DNA of 64,000 nt from Lama glama (taxonomy: Eukaryota), in assembly GCA_028534125.1 (NCBI GenBank), contig CM052816.1:28584001-28648000 (forward strand). The letters are read 5' to 3'. Both the position numbers and the translations under genes were made by a program. The notes beneath the pieces are model-generated. The model saw only the letters and a list, made by a program, of their open reading frames with translations, did not search any database and was not told where the DNA came from. Positions 1-13,085 of the stretch are shown piece after piece. Positions within the stretch are counted from its first letter, which is position 1; every line of letters begins with the position of its first letter.

Positions 1-1834
1 CAGTTAATATCTCTGGACTATCTGTAAAAACGAGAGAAGTAGCTGAGTTCTGAGTTATCTGGTCCATTCTCTTAACTGTATGATCCCAGAGGGCTGAAGT
101 ATTTAGTTAAGATCATGAAGATGGTTAGTTGAGGAGGCAGGCTCAATACTCAAATCTCCTCATTTGAATTCGAATCTTTCTTTCATCATCAACATGCAGT
201 GGATGACTCTAAAAATCAATAGGAAATGAGTGCTAGAGAACTTCCCAAGGTATAGCATGCTATGGAAATAAAACTGTAATCATGATGATATTTTCTTAAT
301 GATTCTTCTGCAAAGTTTACAATATAGTAAGATGCAATTTGTCTAAGCTTAAAAGTTGTAGAATAAATTTGCATATGATTTATTTCCACAAGTATGGTCC
401 AAGATCAAGAAAAAGGGTTAGTTTTGTATGTAAAAATATTAGGTTTTGAGTGATAAGAATTTCTAAAAACTCTTTCCAAATTAAAAAAAAAAGCATCAAT
501 TTTGTAGGACAAGATAGGAATAATCCATATGCAATCCAAAAACATATTCCTCATTTTCAAGTTTACTTTAAGTGATATAAATGACATAGCTTCTAAATCA
601 TAAAAAGATAAATATTGTGTTTCACTACAATTTCCATTTGACTTCAGCCATATTACAAATGGCAACATGACTGCCCAAAAGAATACATACACCTACTGGT
701 TTGGTTATAATTCTTCTGTACTTTGCAGGTCATTTTAATGTTGTATCCAGTGACCATCAGTAAGAAAGAATAAAGCATCTAGTTTCCCAGTACAGTCACC
801 TGAAGCAATACAATGAGACTGAGAAATGAAGTATTTACTATTAGTTCCCACTGACAACATCTGTAGCCCTGTCAATGAAAGGTTTTTGAAAGACACAAAC
901 TGAATTCCAAACCAGTATAAAATTCAGAGATTCACTTTCTCTTATCAAAATGGTCTACCTATTGTACAGCCTGCAGCTACTGTGAAAGCCACATGTCACT
1001 TTTAGTCTCCAGGTGTCACAGGAGACTGTAAATTGGGATCTGAGAGGATGTCTGAGACTCATTTTTGTTTGTGGCTCCATCAGCAGAGAATTCTCCTCTG
1101 GTCCTGCATGAGTGGATAAATCCATAAGATGCTTTGGTCATCCTGCCCTGAGCTCCCAGTGGACATATTCATTCATCCAACCAAACAGTACATGCTTACT
1201 AAACAGGTAAGACATGATGCTAACACAAGAGAACTGGTTCCACCAAGTCAGAGAACTCACTACTATCTTCCCTCTGCTGAGCCAAGCAACCTTTCCAGTG
1301 TGTCTCCTGTCTCCTCCACACTCCTGCACGGACACTGGCTCCACATCAACAGGAATTTCCCTTACATATTTATTATCTCCTACTCTCACATGAATGCACA
1401 GGTCTTACTTTTGACCAAAGGAAGCACTGGCTGTTGGTAGAAAATTCTTGGATTTAACACACAGTAACATTTGCTACAGCTTAACTTTCATTTTGACTTA
1501 TTTCCAGTACGCAGAGGAAGCTAACATGCATGGTCAGGCACTGGTGATGTAACAGGCTGTGCTGGGAGAACAGCTAGTTAGCCAGAGAGCCCGCATGTTA
1601 AACCAAGTTCATCTGACTCTGAGTCAAATTTTAATTCAGCTTCCCTGAATGAACACAGTATTAAGGATTGGTGCAGAGCAACAAAGTTATTGAAGTAATC
1701 AGGGCATCTGCCAGCTTCTGACCTTTCCTCCTTTAGGCTACACACGTTTAAAAAAAAAAAAAAACTTAAAAAAGAAGAAAAAAAGGAATGAGGGTGAAAA
1801 AAGAAAGAGGAATAATAATGAAGGAAACATCTGT

Positions 1835-1975
1835 GTTCATCTACCATGCTGGGTACTTACACAAATATTAACTCAGCTAATCCTCTTAATACTGTTTCTA
1901 TTTTCATTGATGGAGAAGTCACCCTCTGAATAGCAGCACCAGGATTTAAATCCATGCCCGTTTGACTCAGAGGTG
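1835..1975 (-). mobile_element. MIR SINE fragment (approximate bounds)
   Basis: Degenerate antisense MIR core: 'ttaactcagctaatcctc...ttttcattgatggagaag...caggatttaaatccatgcccgtttgactcagag'. Confidence 0.55.
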
Positions 1976-2635
1976 ATACGTTTTCAAACACCTTTGTTGC
2001 ATACACTGAGGTCCCCTCACTCATATTGTCCTAATAGACACAGGGGCACTGAAGAAGTTCTTCCTATCATCAGAATGGAAAAGGAGCATAGTTGCTTTCT
2101 CAAATTTCTTTATTTCACCTTAAGTTATTCACCACCAAAACCAGAAACCTCCTGTATCCTGTGCCTGTAAAATAAATCCACCTTTTGTCACTTAACTTTC
2201 TCTGTTGCTTTTCATTTTCAATGTAGTCAAGTAATATCTGTTCTACTGAACCTCTTAGAAAAACTAAGATAAGAAAAATTTGAACCGAATTACTATATCT
2301 ATAATTTGTCAACAAATTTTATACTGTTTTGCACTTCACATTTAGGGTTATTCTTAAGCAGTAACAGAGGACTACACGTTTGAAGATGCTTTTCCAGTGA
2401 TGAGGACAAACAGATGCCAGGGAACTTGCCGAGTAATACCTCACGTTCCTAAGAACAGTTTTATGAATGGCACTCTCTCTCACATCACTTACTTAATGTG
2501 CATTCATTCTTCAATTTCTTCTCCTAGGAAAGTCTGCTCTAATTTTTGCCAAATTCCCTTATGCCCTTTACAGGGCTGAAGAGTGTTGCAACTGCCGTTT
2601 CTGTGAGAGATTATATAATTCTACACCCTCAGGGT

Positions 2636-2755
2636 AGAGTATAAACTCCAGGAGGGCAGGGAATTGTCTCTTTTTACTCAACATTGCATCCCTAAGCATC
2701 TTGCAACATTCCTATGCCTAGTTGGTATTCCAGAAGCACTTGTTGAATTAATTAG
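2636..2755 (+). mobile_element. L2 LINE 3' end
   Basis: 'tataaactccaggagggcagggaattgtctc...gcacttgttgaattaatta' resembles the L2 3' terminus. Confidence 0.7.
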
Positions 2756-4381
2756 TTTTCAGATGAACCACCTACAACTAGGACTAGACAAATCTATTGT
2801 CATGGAACACAATAAAGTTTACTGGATTTGAAACTTAATTAATTGGGACAATGTTCCACCCCTGGCTACTTGAGCTATGAACTGCCTTGGCTCCTAATCC
2901 ATTACCAATAAATGTCATTTACAAATATACTAAAGTACGTTTTAAAGAATCAGCAAGAATGTATATGGAATCTTTGTATACATGAGATGCTACAGAAGTA
3001 CAAAGAAACACAGACTGTGATTACTCCTCTCAAAAAGCTGACAATCCAGCTGATTTGACTAATAAACTCAGAGCAATTTGAGGAAGTGAAAAGTGGCAGC
3101 ACTAACACCAGGGTTAACAAAAAGAGAGCTCACTGAAGGTGACATAGTCGGACAAGGTGTCAGGGTGGACTTGGGGTATGGGACCCAGTGCTCAGCAAGA
3201 AATACAAAGGATGTAGCTTAAAACAGAAAAGGAGGTGGTTTCAGACCACAGAATCAGGAAAAACACCAGCTACTAGAAGGAAAATCAGAGGGCAGAGCAA
3301 TGATACAATCAATATGAAAAGATAACATGTGTCAAGCCCCAGCTTATTTCTAGCTCTGCTGATAAAAAGATAATTCTAAGGACAACAACAAAAGAGAAGG
3401 TCTAAGACATGAAGGTCAATTATAACATTTGACCCTTTAAACTAAAGTTACTCTATGGAGCAGCCAGAGCACGAACAGCCTGAAATGACTGACCTGTTTT
3501 TTGTTTGTTTTTGTGTAAACTTCCCAATGTTGCTTTAAAACAACTCTGATTCAGTTAGAGTGAAGCATTTTCCTTTGACCAGCAATGAAAAGTAGACAAT
3601 ACTTTTAAATAGTTTCTCTTATTACTATTTTAAATACTGCTTATTTTGTTTACTATTAGCTGCTTAAATTTCCAAGACCCCTTCATTGAGATGATTTGCT
3701 TAGAAAGCTGTCATGGGAGGCTGGCTGAGCTTTAAGGAGAAAATTATGAAAGAAGAGTAACTTGATGTAAACAACTGACTAAAAACATTTATGTATCTAC
3801 AGCTGAGAACTAATGGCTCCATGTGGCAAGGGTAAGTTAATATTGTAGAAAAAAAAAAAGAAAATTGCATCGTAATGAAGATGATATGCCATCCTGGAAA
3901 GGCACAGGTCTAAGAATATCGGTCAAGGTTTTAAAAGAGAAAGAGCACAGAGAGCTGAGTCACCTGCTCTTCCATTTTCCCTCTCAGGACAGGCCGACAG
4001 AGCCTCTGAGTTTAGACCGAGTCTGCCACCCCTGGAGCAGCCTCTGCCAGTTCTTGCTGTGCCAAGCAATCATCTTTTGGTTTCTGAATCATGGAGGACC
4101 TGTTGACCCACTGCAGGGAACACTGGCTACAGTGGGGAGGGGTAGTTCTGTACTGAGTTCTGTACCTGTCAGATAATGTCAGGCATTTGCAATTGTCATC
4201 TTTGGTCTAGACTTCTGCTCCCACAATGATCACAGAGGTCCAAGGATTATTACAGAAACTCACGATTTGGCCTGGATTATCCCGCAGCCTGACAGACCCT
4301 GAATAGTGACTACATGATCACGAAGGAGATAATTACCAAATTATCCATCGTAAAGCCAACACAGGCCGTAGAGGTCCTCAG

Positions 4382-4500
4382 ATTAAACTTTTCATTTCAC
4401 AGATGAGGAGCCTAAGACCCAAAGAGAGCAAGTAAAATGCCAAAGGTCAAAGAGTTAATAAATTCCCTGATCAGAAGTAAGTTCTCACTCCTATCTTGAT
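4382..4500 (-). mobile_element. MIR fragment
   Basis: 'ttttcatttcacagatgaggagcctaagacccaaagagagcaagtaaaatgccaaaggtcaaagag' resembles the antisense MIR core. Confidence 0.6.
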
Positions 4501-5261
4501 GCCCTTTCAATGACACATGGCTCCCTTTAGCTAAATAATTTTCGGGAATAAAAGGCAGTCTGAGGGAAAGGCAGTACAAACTGAAGAAGCCTTTATGATG
4601 TGTTATATGTAGACAATCCATCAGTAATGTGGATACTGCTGATAGAAGTAAAGTATTAGCAATAACTATTCTATTCTCAGCAACCTCAGATTTTGTTCAC
4701 ATTGGTTTCCCTACTTATCTCTGTTACGGAAATGATAGGCCAGACAAGAAACAAGCACCACTCGGAGGGTTGGAGTACTCAGATGTATTACGCCAGTGGG
4801 CTCAGAGGGGCTTCTGCTCCGAAGCTCTGAGCACCTCCAAGATGTGCACATGAGGTTTTATAGGGTAAAGTACAAGCTTGGGGTATTAGGCCAATAGGCA
4901 TGGAACAGCTTTAGCAGCATTATCATCACAAAAGCGGAAGCGGGGAGGCAGCAAATCAACATTTCAAGGCCAGATATGTCTCTTTGAAAATCCAGCTGGC
5001 TAGCAAAAAAACATGAACAGGGAATCAGCAAACCAACAATAATTAACTCAGATTTACAAGTTAGCCCAGCAGAACTCAGATCAGTAATCCGACACTTGTT
5101 ACACTTAGATTTGTGAGTTAGCTTGTTAGCCTAGCTGGGCTTTTTCTTCACATCTCCAGTAAGCAAGTGTGTAACCACTGAAGGCATGTAGGCTGGTGTA
5201 ATCAATTACTACACAGCATCCATTCTAAAATGAAGAATCTATGTTCATTTCCTAACTTCAT

Positions 5262-5373
5262 GAAATGAAAGATGTTAACACTGGGGGAAACTAGGTGAAA
5301 GGTAGATAGGAACTCTCTGTATTATCTTTGCAACTTTTCCACAATAACCTAAAATTAAAAAGTTTATTAAAAA
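5262..5373 (+). mobile_element. Old L1 (L1MC/MD/ME-type) 3' end
   Basis: 'aagatgttaacactgggggaaactaggtgaaaggtagataggaactctctgtattatctttgcaacttttc...aaaaagtttattaaaa'. Confidence 0.75.
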
Positions 5374-6519
5374 TCATGAGAAACCATTACTAAAGATGTT
5401 ACAAGAATGCCACATTAGTTAGCAGTAAAAACAAAAAAGGATAAAGTGTATCTTGAAGAAAATATTCCTTTATCAAAAAGCTACACCAGCGTAACTATCA
5501 TCACACTCAAAATCTTGCAACAAGCTGGCTCAAGGTCTATAACAAAGTCATGGCTATAATAAGGTTCAAAAGTTGCTCCATCACCAAACCATAGTGCCCT
5601 TCTAAGACGTATAACACACACACACAAATGGTTTTAACTGATAAAGAGGTATTCTTTTCAGAGGTTCTCTGTAATATCCTAGATGAAGAAATGCTAATGA
5701 CTGGGTTTTAACAGTGTAGTCCCAAACAGACATATTATTTTTAATCTGTGGCTTCAATGAATACTTAAGAGTATATTAAAAGAAAGGACTAAGTGGGGGA
5801 AAAGCCTGCCTATTTATGCAGAGAAAGATCAGGTGAATAAGAAGAGATCAAGACTTCCTGGGGGAAATACCTTTTCAGTTGATGAACACATCTATTTCCA
5901 AAATGGCCCTGAGCCCTGAAAGTTGTGTGACCCCAATTATCCCAGCAGGAACACTCCTAGGACTAGATCCACAGTTATTACCAAAGACTAGTGTTTGTTA
6001 TAAAAAATGATGTGTGTATATGAGGGTATCTCAGCACCCGAATCCTCAAAAGCAGGCAATTCTTCAAAATGGCCTTGAAAACTTATTCTGAAGCCCCATA
6101 TCTGCTTTGGCAGAAGATATTATTTAATTGATTGTCATTAGTTCTTGGCAGTGGAACGTGCAGCCTAATGGGCATGCTGGTCTACACTGTTCATCAAAAT
6201 CCTACGCTTGTGATGAGAAATGAGAGTTGAGAAATACTGAAAAACATTCAGGCTTTCAAAAAATAGCTCTTTATTGCTATATATCTAGACTGGGCTACTT
6301 CTGCCCCACCTCAAAATCTAAAGCAATCATTCATAAGACCTCGAAAGAATCATTTTATAAATTATAGTATACATAACATATTATATATTATCCATATATA
6401 TGGATCTGAATACATTTATTTGAGTAACATTTACTGTATATCCCCCATGTTCATGGCAGTGTTTCACATGCCTACACAGAACACACATTCGATTTGGGCT
6501 GATAGATAATGAAGCAGTG

Positions 6520-7070
6520 ATAACACAATTAATAGCTGAACTACAGCTGTAATATGATAAATGCTACAAAGGAACAGTACAGGGTATTTATTGGAGGATG
6601 GTGAAAAGAGGGTATTAAACTATTCTGGCGGCAACTGAAGACTAAGCTCTTTAGTCTGGGTTCTGAGGATGGAAAAGAGTTGGTTAGGGAAGATCAAAGC
6701 AGAGAGGAAAGGGTGGGGGCACAGTATGTCCGAGACCTGATGCAGGAAAGAGCAGGGCATTTTCAAGGGCAGAAAACAGGTGTCCGTGATGCTGGCTGTC
6801 CAGGGATACATGATGCACATCTGCTGAGAGAGGCCAGGCCAGGGGACAGGGGGGTCTTAGAGGACTAAGAAAGAAGCTGGTCTCTACCCTAAAAGCCCTG
6901 AATTTTCGGGTAAAAGTAAGCTTGAGCCTATAAAGCAGGTTAAGGAGAGAAGAGCCATCTTCATATTTGTATTCAAGAAAGATCAACCTGCTGCTGTGCG
7001 CAGGCAGGGGAGGGAGGCTCAGGACGGGCCTCTGCCGTGGCCCTGCTGAGAGTCCGTGTCCCGGCCTAAA
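6520..7070 (-). mobile_element. L2 LINE fragment
   Basis: Purine-rich antisense L2-like sequence ('gataaatgctacaaaggaacagtacaggg...tttgtattcaagaaagatcaacctgctgctgtg'). Confidence 0.6.
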
Positions 7071-9140
7071 CAGAGGTTCTCAAAGAACAAAAAATACACC
7101 ATGTGGATGTACCTGGCTCATTCAAGAAAATAACACTTCCATTACTGTCTTCTCTGTCTAATGATCCATCTCAATATGAAACCCTGTTATGTTCACCAAA
7201 ATTGAAACTGGTTTCAAAGTAAAATAACAACAAGGCCAGCTCTGCACAGGTACAAGCCTCTGCGAAGGCAGCTGTATTCTCAGTTTTAGGAGTGACATGT
7301 GTGAATTTCAACAAAAAAGACATTTTGAAACAACAAAGATCCCCAAATATAAAAGACAATCCAACCGAAAAATGACTCAGTCATCCCTCTCACCCCACAT
7401 CTTAGCCACTCATCAAAAGCCAAAAAAAGCAAGCAAGCAAGCTTAATACGTGCAGAAGTTTTTCATAATAATCCTTGTAGGAAATAGCCAAAATAAAACA
7501 CTCTAGAGGGTTTCTCTGCATTAGGTTGATATAATTATTATAAAAAAAAAATAAAGCATTCAATTATATCACACTGAACTGATAATTCAAAGACTAATCA
7601 GTGAATAACACAAGACCCTCATGCCTCATAACACTCTTCAACATGCTTTCTACCAAAAATATAGCTAAACTTTAACTGGATAAAAAGTTTGAAATCAATA
7701 GGAGTCTTAGACAGTTATTCACAAAATTACTGAACATCAATCCTTTCTATTTTGGAGTAAACTCTATATTATAAACATTTTGAATAATGGGCAGTTTCTT
7801 TGTTATTATTGTTTCAAATATCTACTCTTGGTTTAAAATAATTTAAAACGGCCAGAAAAAAAATTACTATGCTAAAACAAAACTACAGCTGCTGTATTTT
7901 ATCAATATCACGATTTTTAAACATCTTGTTTTCCTTAGTAGGAAATATGCATGAGAGCCTGCATCAGTTCTCTTCATGCTATAGAAATAGCCTCAAAACT
8001 GTCTGTCAGAAATTTCATGAAATGCTAAAAGCCATGCTGAGCTGCTCCTTCCTGTTTTCCCTGTTTGAGTCCAGGTATTAAAAAAAAAAAAGCTCTTCCT
8101 GCTCTTGGGGTCATCTACTCCTGATTTAGCCATTTTGCTTCTCCTTCATACCAATCTTCTTTCTATTTCACTTTTCCACAGTCTTCCTCCAGGGAGCAAA
8201 TTCACAACAGGATAGGTGGTCAGCAGCCAGCCCTTCCTCCCAGCAGCAGCCCTAAGCAGGCTGCACAGACTCTACCAGCTCCAAATGTGGTGGGAATCAC
8301 TGGGTAAGAGAGAGCCGGGAGGTTATTTCAGAAGATTGGTATCTTCAAGGAACTGGATTATTTGGGAGCACTTAGAAAAGTGTGGGAAGCAAGGGAAATT
8401 TTCTTTTTTACCTGCAATTGCAACACATTAATGCAAATGCTGAAGATCCTTTTAGTTTGCAAAAGCACTCTGTAGATCTGTACTTTTTTCTGTGCCTGAG
8501 GAATTCAGACCGTTAAGCACTTAGCAATTGTTAGCAGTGGAAGCCTTTAGTCAATACACTGTATCTCCACTCAAAGTGGCTTTTTAATCATATACATTAC
8601 TGTTTACAAAGTCAAAATTGTAATACGTATACCCCATAAGCTGAATTGGTGTACATTTCAATAACACAACATTTTGCAGTCGAGTTTGACAGATAACTGT
8701 CACTTCCAGAGATGAATTACCTGTAGGTTTTATTTTGGTGACAGAACAGTGACAAAATCCTAAATTACATAGAAATACAATGAAATTGCCCTATTTTCTC
8801 AAGAGCTCTTCCTAAAATCATTGAATAGTCATCAATTAAACTAATTCAGTAACTTGAAAAAGGGGTAGTAAAAAATCTTTTGTTCATATTAGAAATGGAA
8901 ATATTAATTATAGCTTACTTACATTTTCTAAATAGTAAATATTCAACATGGGTGAAATCAATGAATAGACCACTCAGTAAATCTCCTTTATTGAACAGAA
9001 AGTATGTTTCAAAGTATCTTTTAACATATCATTTAAAATATCATTAAAAAATCCAAGATATATAGGTAACCATTTACGGTTAAAGAATTATCAAAAGTTC
9101 AAAAGCAACTTATTTTAGACTGACTTCACATTTTATTTTG

Positions 9141-9208
9141 GTTCCATTACTGGCTCTTTAACTATAGTTACCTGCAAGTAACTTCAGTTAAAGAGCCAGT
9201 AATGGAAC
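9141..9208. repeat. Near-perfect inverted repeat / hairpin
   Basis: 9141-9163 gttccattactggctctttaact is the exact reverse complement of 9186-9208. An inner 6-bp stem agttac/gtaact closes a 6-nt loop. Confidence 0.95.
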
Positions 9209-10317
9209 TGAAATGTGATCTTGCTTCGCCACATTCAGCTCACTCTGATAACTAGAGGCTGGAAGGACCTTCCAATTTAACAATAACCATTACATGAGAC
9301 TTTTATGATGAGACGAGTAATATGTGTAAAATACTTCCTAGAGCATCCACTGAGCTTTACCTGGTATACAATAGGTATACTTTGGCAATTGAGAAACTGC
9401 ATATGATTGCAAATGGAGCAAATATAACACTATACCCTGTCTAGTTGATAACGCATTTTCTAGAAGTGCCAAATACATACCCAGAGATGGTAGGAAAATT
9501 TATTATTTCAAAAACCAATTTGGCAAACAAATTAAATACATCAATTAATCTTCAATGTATATGAATCTGTTAATTAATCAATGTATGTTCTTTTAGGGAT
9601 TTTAAATGATTGTTTTTTTAACATTAAATTTGAATCAAATAGTGATTCCCCCTTGAAGCCCACTACGATGCTAAGGAACACTGTTTGAAAATCATAATCT
9701 AAATAAACTATAGAGTAGATAGGGAAAATACATTGGTTGTTAGGGGACAGACAACAACTAATCATAGTATTATGACTTAATTCATCAGTGACCACTAAAG
9801 CAGGGGTAGATTTACTAAAATATAAACATTACAAAGACTCTTCTCACACATTACAACTGCCATTTTTTCACATGAACATGTTTCTTTCCATTCATTCATG
9901 TGTATTTTGTTTAATCTAAACAGTGTATATTTATACTTATTTCTGGGCATATTTTTAAAAAAGGGGGACGTTTTATTTGTAGAACCCTTTTAACAAGATA
10001 GTGTCAGATATTTCATTAGAAAAACAAAGTAACTCTGTAAAGTATATTGTATAATATAAAATATGTGCAATATTATAGCTCTGGGAAAGGGGTGAAAACA
10101 ATCAGCATTATGGGAGTCAGTGAATCATAAACATTAAAACCAACAGACTCCTAAGGAGATTCAAACAGAACTCTCTCCTGATCAAGGGAAGGTCTCACAC
10201 ACACAGTCATTTGCTTACACCAGCCATCACAACTCTATCAACACCAGCAGTGGTTGATGTGTTATTTTTTAAAAAGTGCATCACACTTAAATAAAAGTAA
10301 ATGACCTATGGTTAATG

Positions 10318-10658
10318 ACTAAACATGGGACAATTGGTAAAATTTGACAAAGATTTGTAAAGTAGATAACAGCACTGTACAAGTATTAATTTCCTAATCT
10401 TGGAAACGGTATTAGGATTACGTAAGTGAATGTCCTTGTTTTATAGGAAATACACACAAAATATTTAGAAATAAAGGAATACTATGTATGCAAATTACTC
10501 TCAGTGATTTCAGAAAAACATTTAGAGTGAGAGGAACTGAATAATGAAGTAAGTATGGTAAAGAATAAAACAGCTATATAATACGGGTACACAAGAATTC
10601 TGAATACTAGTTGAAGAAATGCTGTGTGACTGAAGTTCTTTCAAAACAAAAAGTTTTA
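10318..10658 (+). mobile_element. Old L1 (L1MC/L1ME-type) 3' UTR fragment
   Basis: 'gggacaattggtaaaatttga...ttaatttcctaatcttg...gaatgtccttgttttataggaaatacacacaaaatatttag...caaaacaaaaagtttt'. Confidence 0.7.
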
Positions 10659-10719
10659 GACATCATCTTACAAAGCATATTTTTTCTTCATGATGATACT
10701 CGATAAACAATAACTTAGT

Positions 10720-10918
10720 ATATAACTACTATATATAAAATAGACAACAAGTTTCTTCTGTATAGCACAGGTAACTATATTCAATATCTTGTAATAACCT
10801 AAAATGAAAAAGAATATGAAAACGAATATATTTATGTACATGTACGACTGAAACATGCTGTACACCAGAAATTGACACACTGTAACTGACTATACTTCAA
10901 TAAAAGAAACCAAAAACC
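10720..10918 (+). mobile_element. Short 5'-truncated artiodactyl/camelid L1 3' end with TSD
   Basis: Typical 3' UTR 'ctgtatagcacaggtaactatattcaatatcttgtaataacc...gactatacttcaataaaa'. A 13-bp direct repeat acaataacttagt lies at 10707-10719 and 10919-10931. Confidence 0.9.
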
Positions 10919-11005
10919 ACAATAACTTAGTGCAGAGATCTACAATGCTATTCTTAAATTTGAGGAGAGGAACATAGCAACAGACACAGTACTCTCATGG
11001 AGCTT

Positions 11006-11068
11006 TTATATATGTACATTATATATATATATATGTATATATATTTGTGTGTGTATATACACACATAC
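11006..11068. repeat. Compound (TA)n/(TG)n/(CA)n microsatellite
   Basis: Seen directly in the sequence. Confidence 0.85.
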
Positions 11069-11844
11069 AAGCCAAACAAATACAATGTAAACTGACTATA
11101 AGAAATCATATTGAATTCAAAATGGATTGCAATCTGATTCATTACGTTATTTAGATTCATATCTGTTACACATCTTTAAAAATAACTGCGCCCTACCTGA
11201 CAACATTCTGATAAAAATTTTGGTTCATTTACAAGGTTAATTCTAAAACCATAAAAAATTTCAACTACCGATAAGATCAAAATTTTTCACGCAAGAGTTT
11301 TTCATACTGTACATACTGATGTGAATTGTTTAAGGAATTGCATTTCTCTTCTTTCTAATTTGACCAGTTAGAGCCCACACGTAAATACATAAAGTCACCA
11401 AATATTTGAAGATTTCACTTTAAAATGATTTATTTTGAAATAATGTTTGAAAATACACTGAAAACAGAATGATACACCCATTTGTACTGTGTGTGTAGGG
11501 AGAGGAGAAAAAGTGAAAAATAGAAAGAGGTGAGAAGTGATATATTTTTAAGTACAGAGAGCCAGATACGTAACTCCATCTATAAAATGATACATACAAA
11601 AAAGATACAATAGGATATTTTAAGTGCAGTATAATCAAGGACATTTGAGTCTACCTTAACCATCTCTTATTAGGTGCTGTGAATATCGCTCTTATATGCT
11701 TTATATGCATGTATTCTCAAAGGAGGAATATTTGAGTTCAATGAATAACAGCAAAATATAATATTTTAGAAGATATTCAAAAACACAAGACTAATAGATA
11801 TGTGTGTGGGGCGGGTGCTCATGCTCCTGATGCTGATGCTGAAT

Positions 11845-13085
11845 GCTTTCTGAACTCAGTCCTTGACTCTCTTCAGTTTCATGGCTTTAAATACTACCTG
11901 TTTGCCAATAGCAACCACATTTCAATCTCCAGTTCAGACCTCTCAAAAAAACTAAATGTTTTATATAATTGCTTACTAAACATCTTTGTCCAGATTTCTA
12001 ATAAGATTTCAAGCACCATCTGTCAAAAACTGAACTTCTATCTTCCCACACTTGTCCCAATGAAGTCTTCCTCATCTCACTGGAGGCAACTCCAAATAAT
12101 CAGGCCCAAAAAACTGAATTCACCTTTGACTCCTCTCTTGCTGTCAAAACCCACATCCAATCTGCCAAGAAACCTTGTTAGTTATACTTTTGAAACATAT
12201 CAACATCCAGCCACTTATTACTATCACCACTGCTGCCTTTCTGGTCCACATCATCATATCATCGTCTGTCAAGGGACTATTACAGTAGCCTCCTAATCTT
12301 CTCTTTTCTGCCTTTGATGTCCTATAGGCTATTCTCAACACAAAAACTAGAATGATCCTTCACATGCGTAATTCAGGTCATGTGCTTTTCTGTTCAAAAG
12401 TCCATGTTGGTCTCCTATGTCACTCAGAGAAAAGCTGAAGATGTTACAAGGGTTACAATACACAGTGGCCAGGCTCTACTGTCTTTTTGACTACTCTCCT
12501 AGTGACCTTCCCTCACTTCCTCTGTTCCAGCCACAACTGCTTCCTTGAATACACTTGGCATGGTCCTGCCTTGGAAACTCTGCCCTGGCTGTCTATACCA
12601 GCTGAAATCTTTTTTCCATAGATATACACATGGCCAACTCCTTCGCCCCTTGAACTCTTTGCTCAAATGACAACTTCACAATAACCATCTGAAAACAGCA
12701 ACCTATCCCCACCTCCATCCTGGCACTCTAGATGCCCCTACACCAGTCTACTTTTTCTTTCTCATAGAATTTATCAGTTTCTGAAATGCTGTAAAACTTG
12801 CTAATTTATTCTGTCTATTGTTTACTGTCCATCACCCCTTTTAAAATTTAAACACCAACAGAGCAAGGATCTTTGTTTCATTTACTGATCAAGTCCCATA
12901 GAATTTATCAGTTTCTAAAATGCTGTAAAACTTGCTAATTTATTCTATTGTTTACTGTCCATCACCCCTTTTAAAATTTAAACACCAACAGAGCAAGGAT
13001 CTTTGTTTCATTTACTGATCAAGTCTCAGAAACAATGCCTAGCACATACAGGCACTCAATATGTATTTGTTGAATTAAATTAAAT
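11845..13085 (+). mobile_element. L2 LINE, RT C-terminal remnant through 3' end
   Basis: ORF 11802-12296 contains 'HGFKYYLFANSNHISISSSDLS...NCLLNIF', a decayed L2 RT 'HGF.YHLYADD.QIYIS.PDLS' region. It ends in the L2 tail 'gcctagcacatacaggcactcaatatgtatttgttgaatt'. Confidence 0.9.
12763..13025 (+). repeat. Tandem duplication of ~133 bp inside the L2
   Basis: Copy 1 (12763-12895) and copy 2 (12897-13025) differ by one substitution and a 4-nt indel. Confidence 0.95.

Noticed and set aside
685..820. Exon candidates on both strands
   Set aside because: The minus-strand donor is ambiguous (three possible GTs) and an equally plausible plus-strand pair overlaps it, so it cannot be told from chance.
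11802..12296. 164-aa ORF as a gene
   Set aside because: It is a decayed L2 RT remnant with the YADD motif lost.
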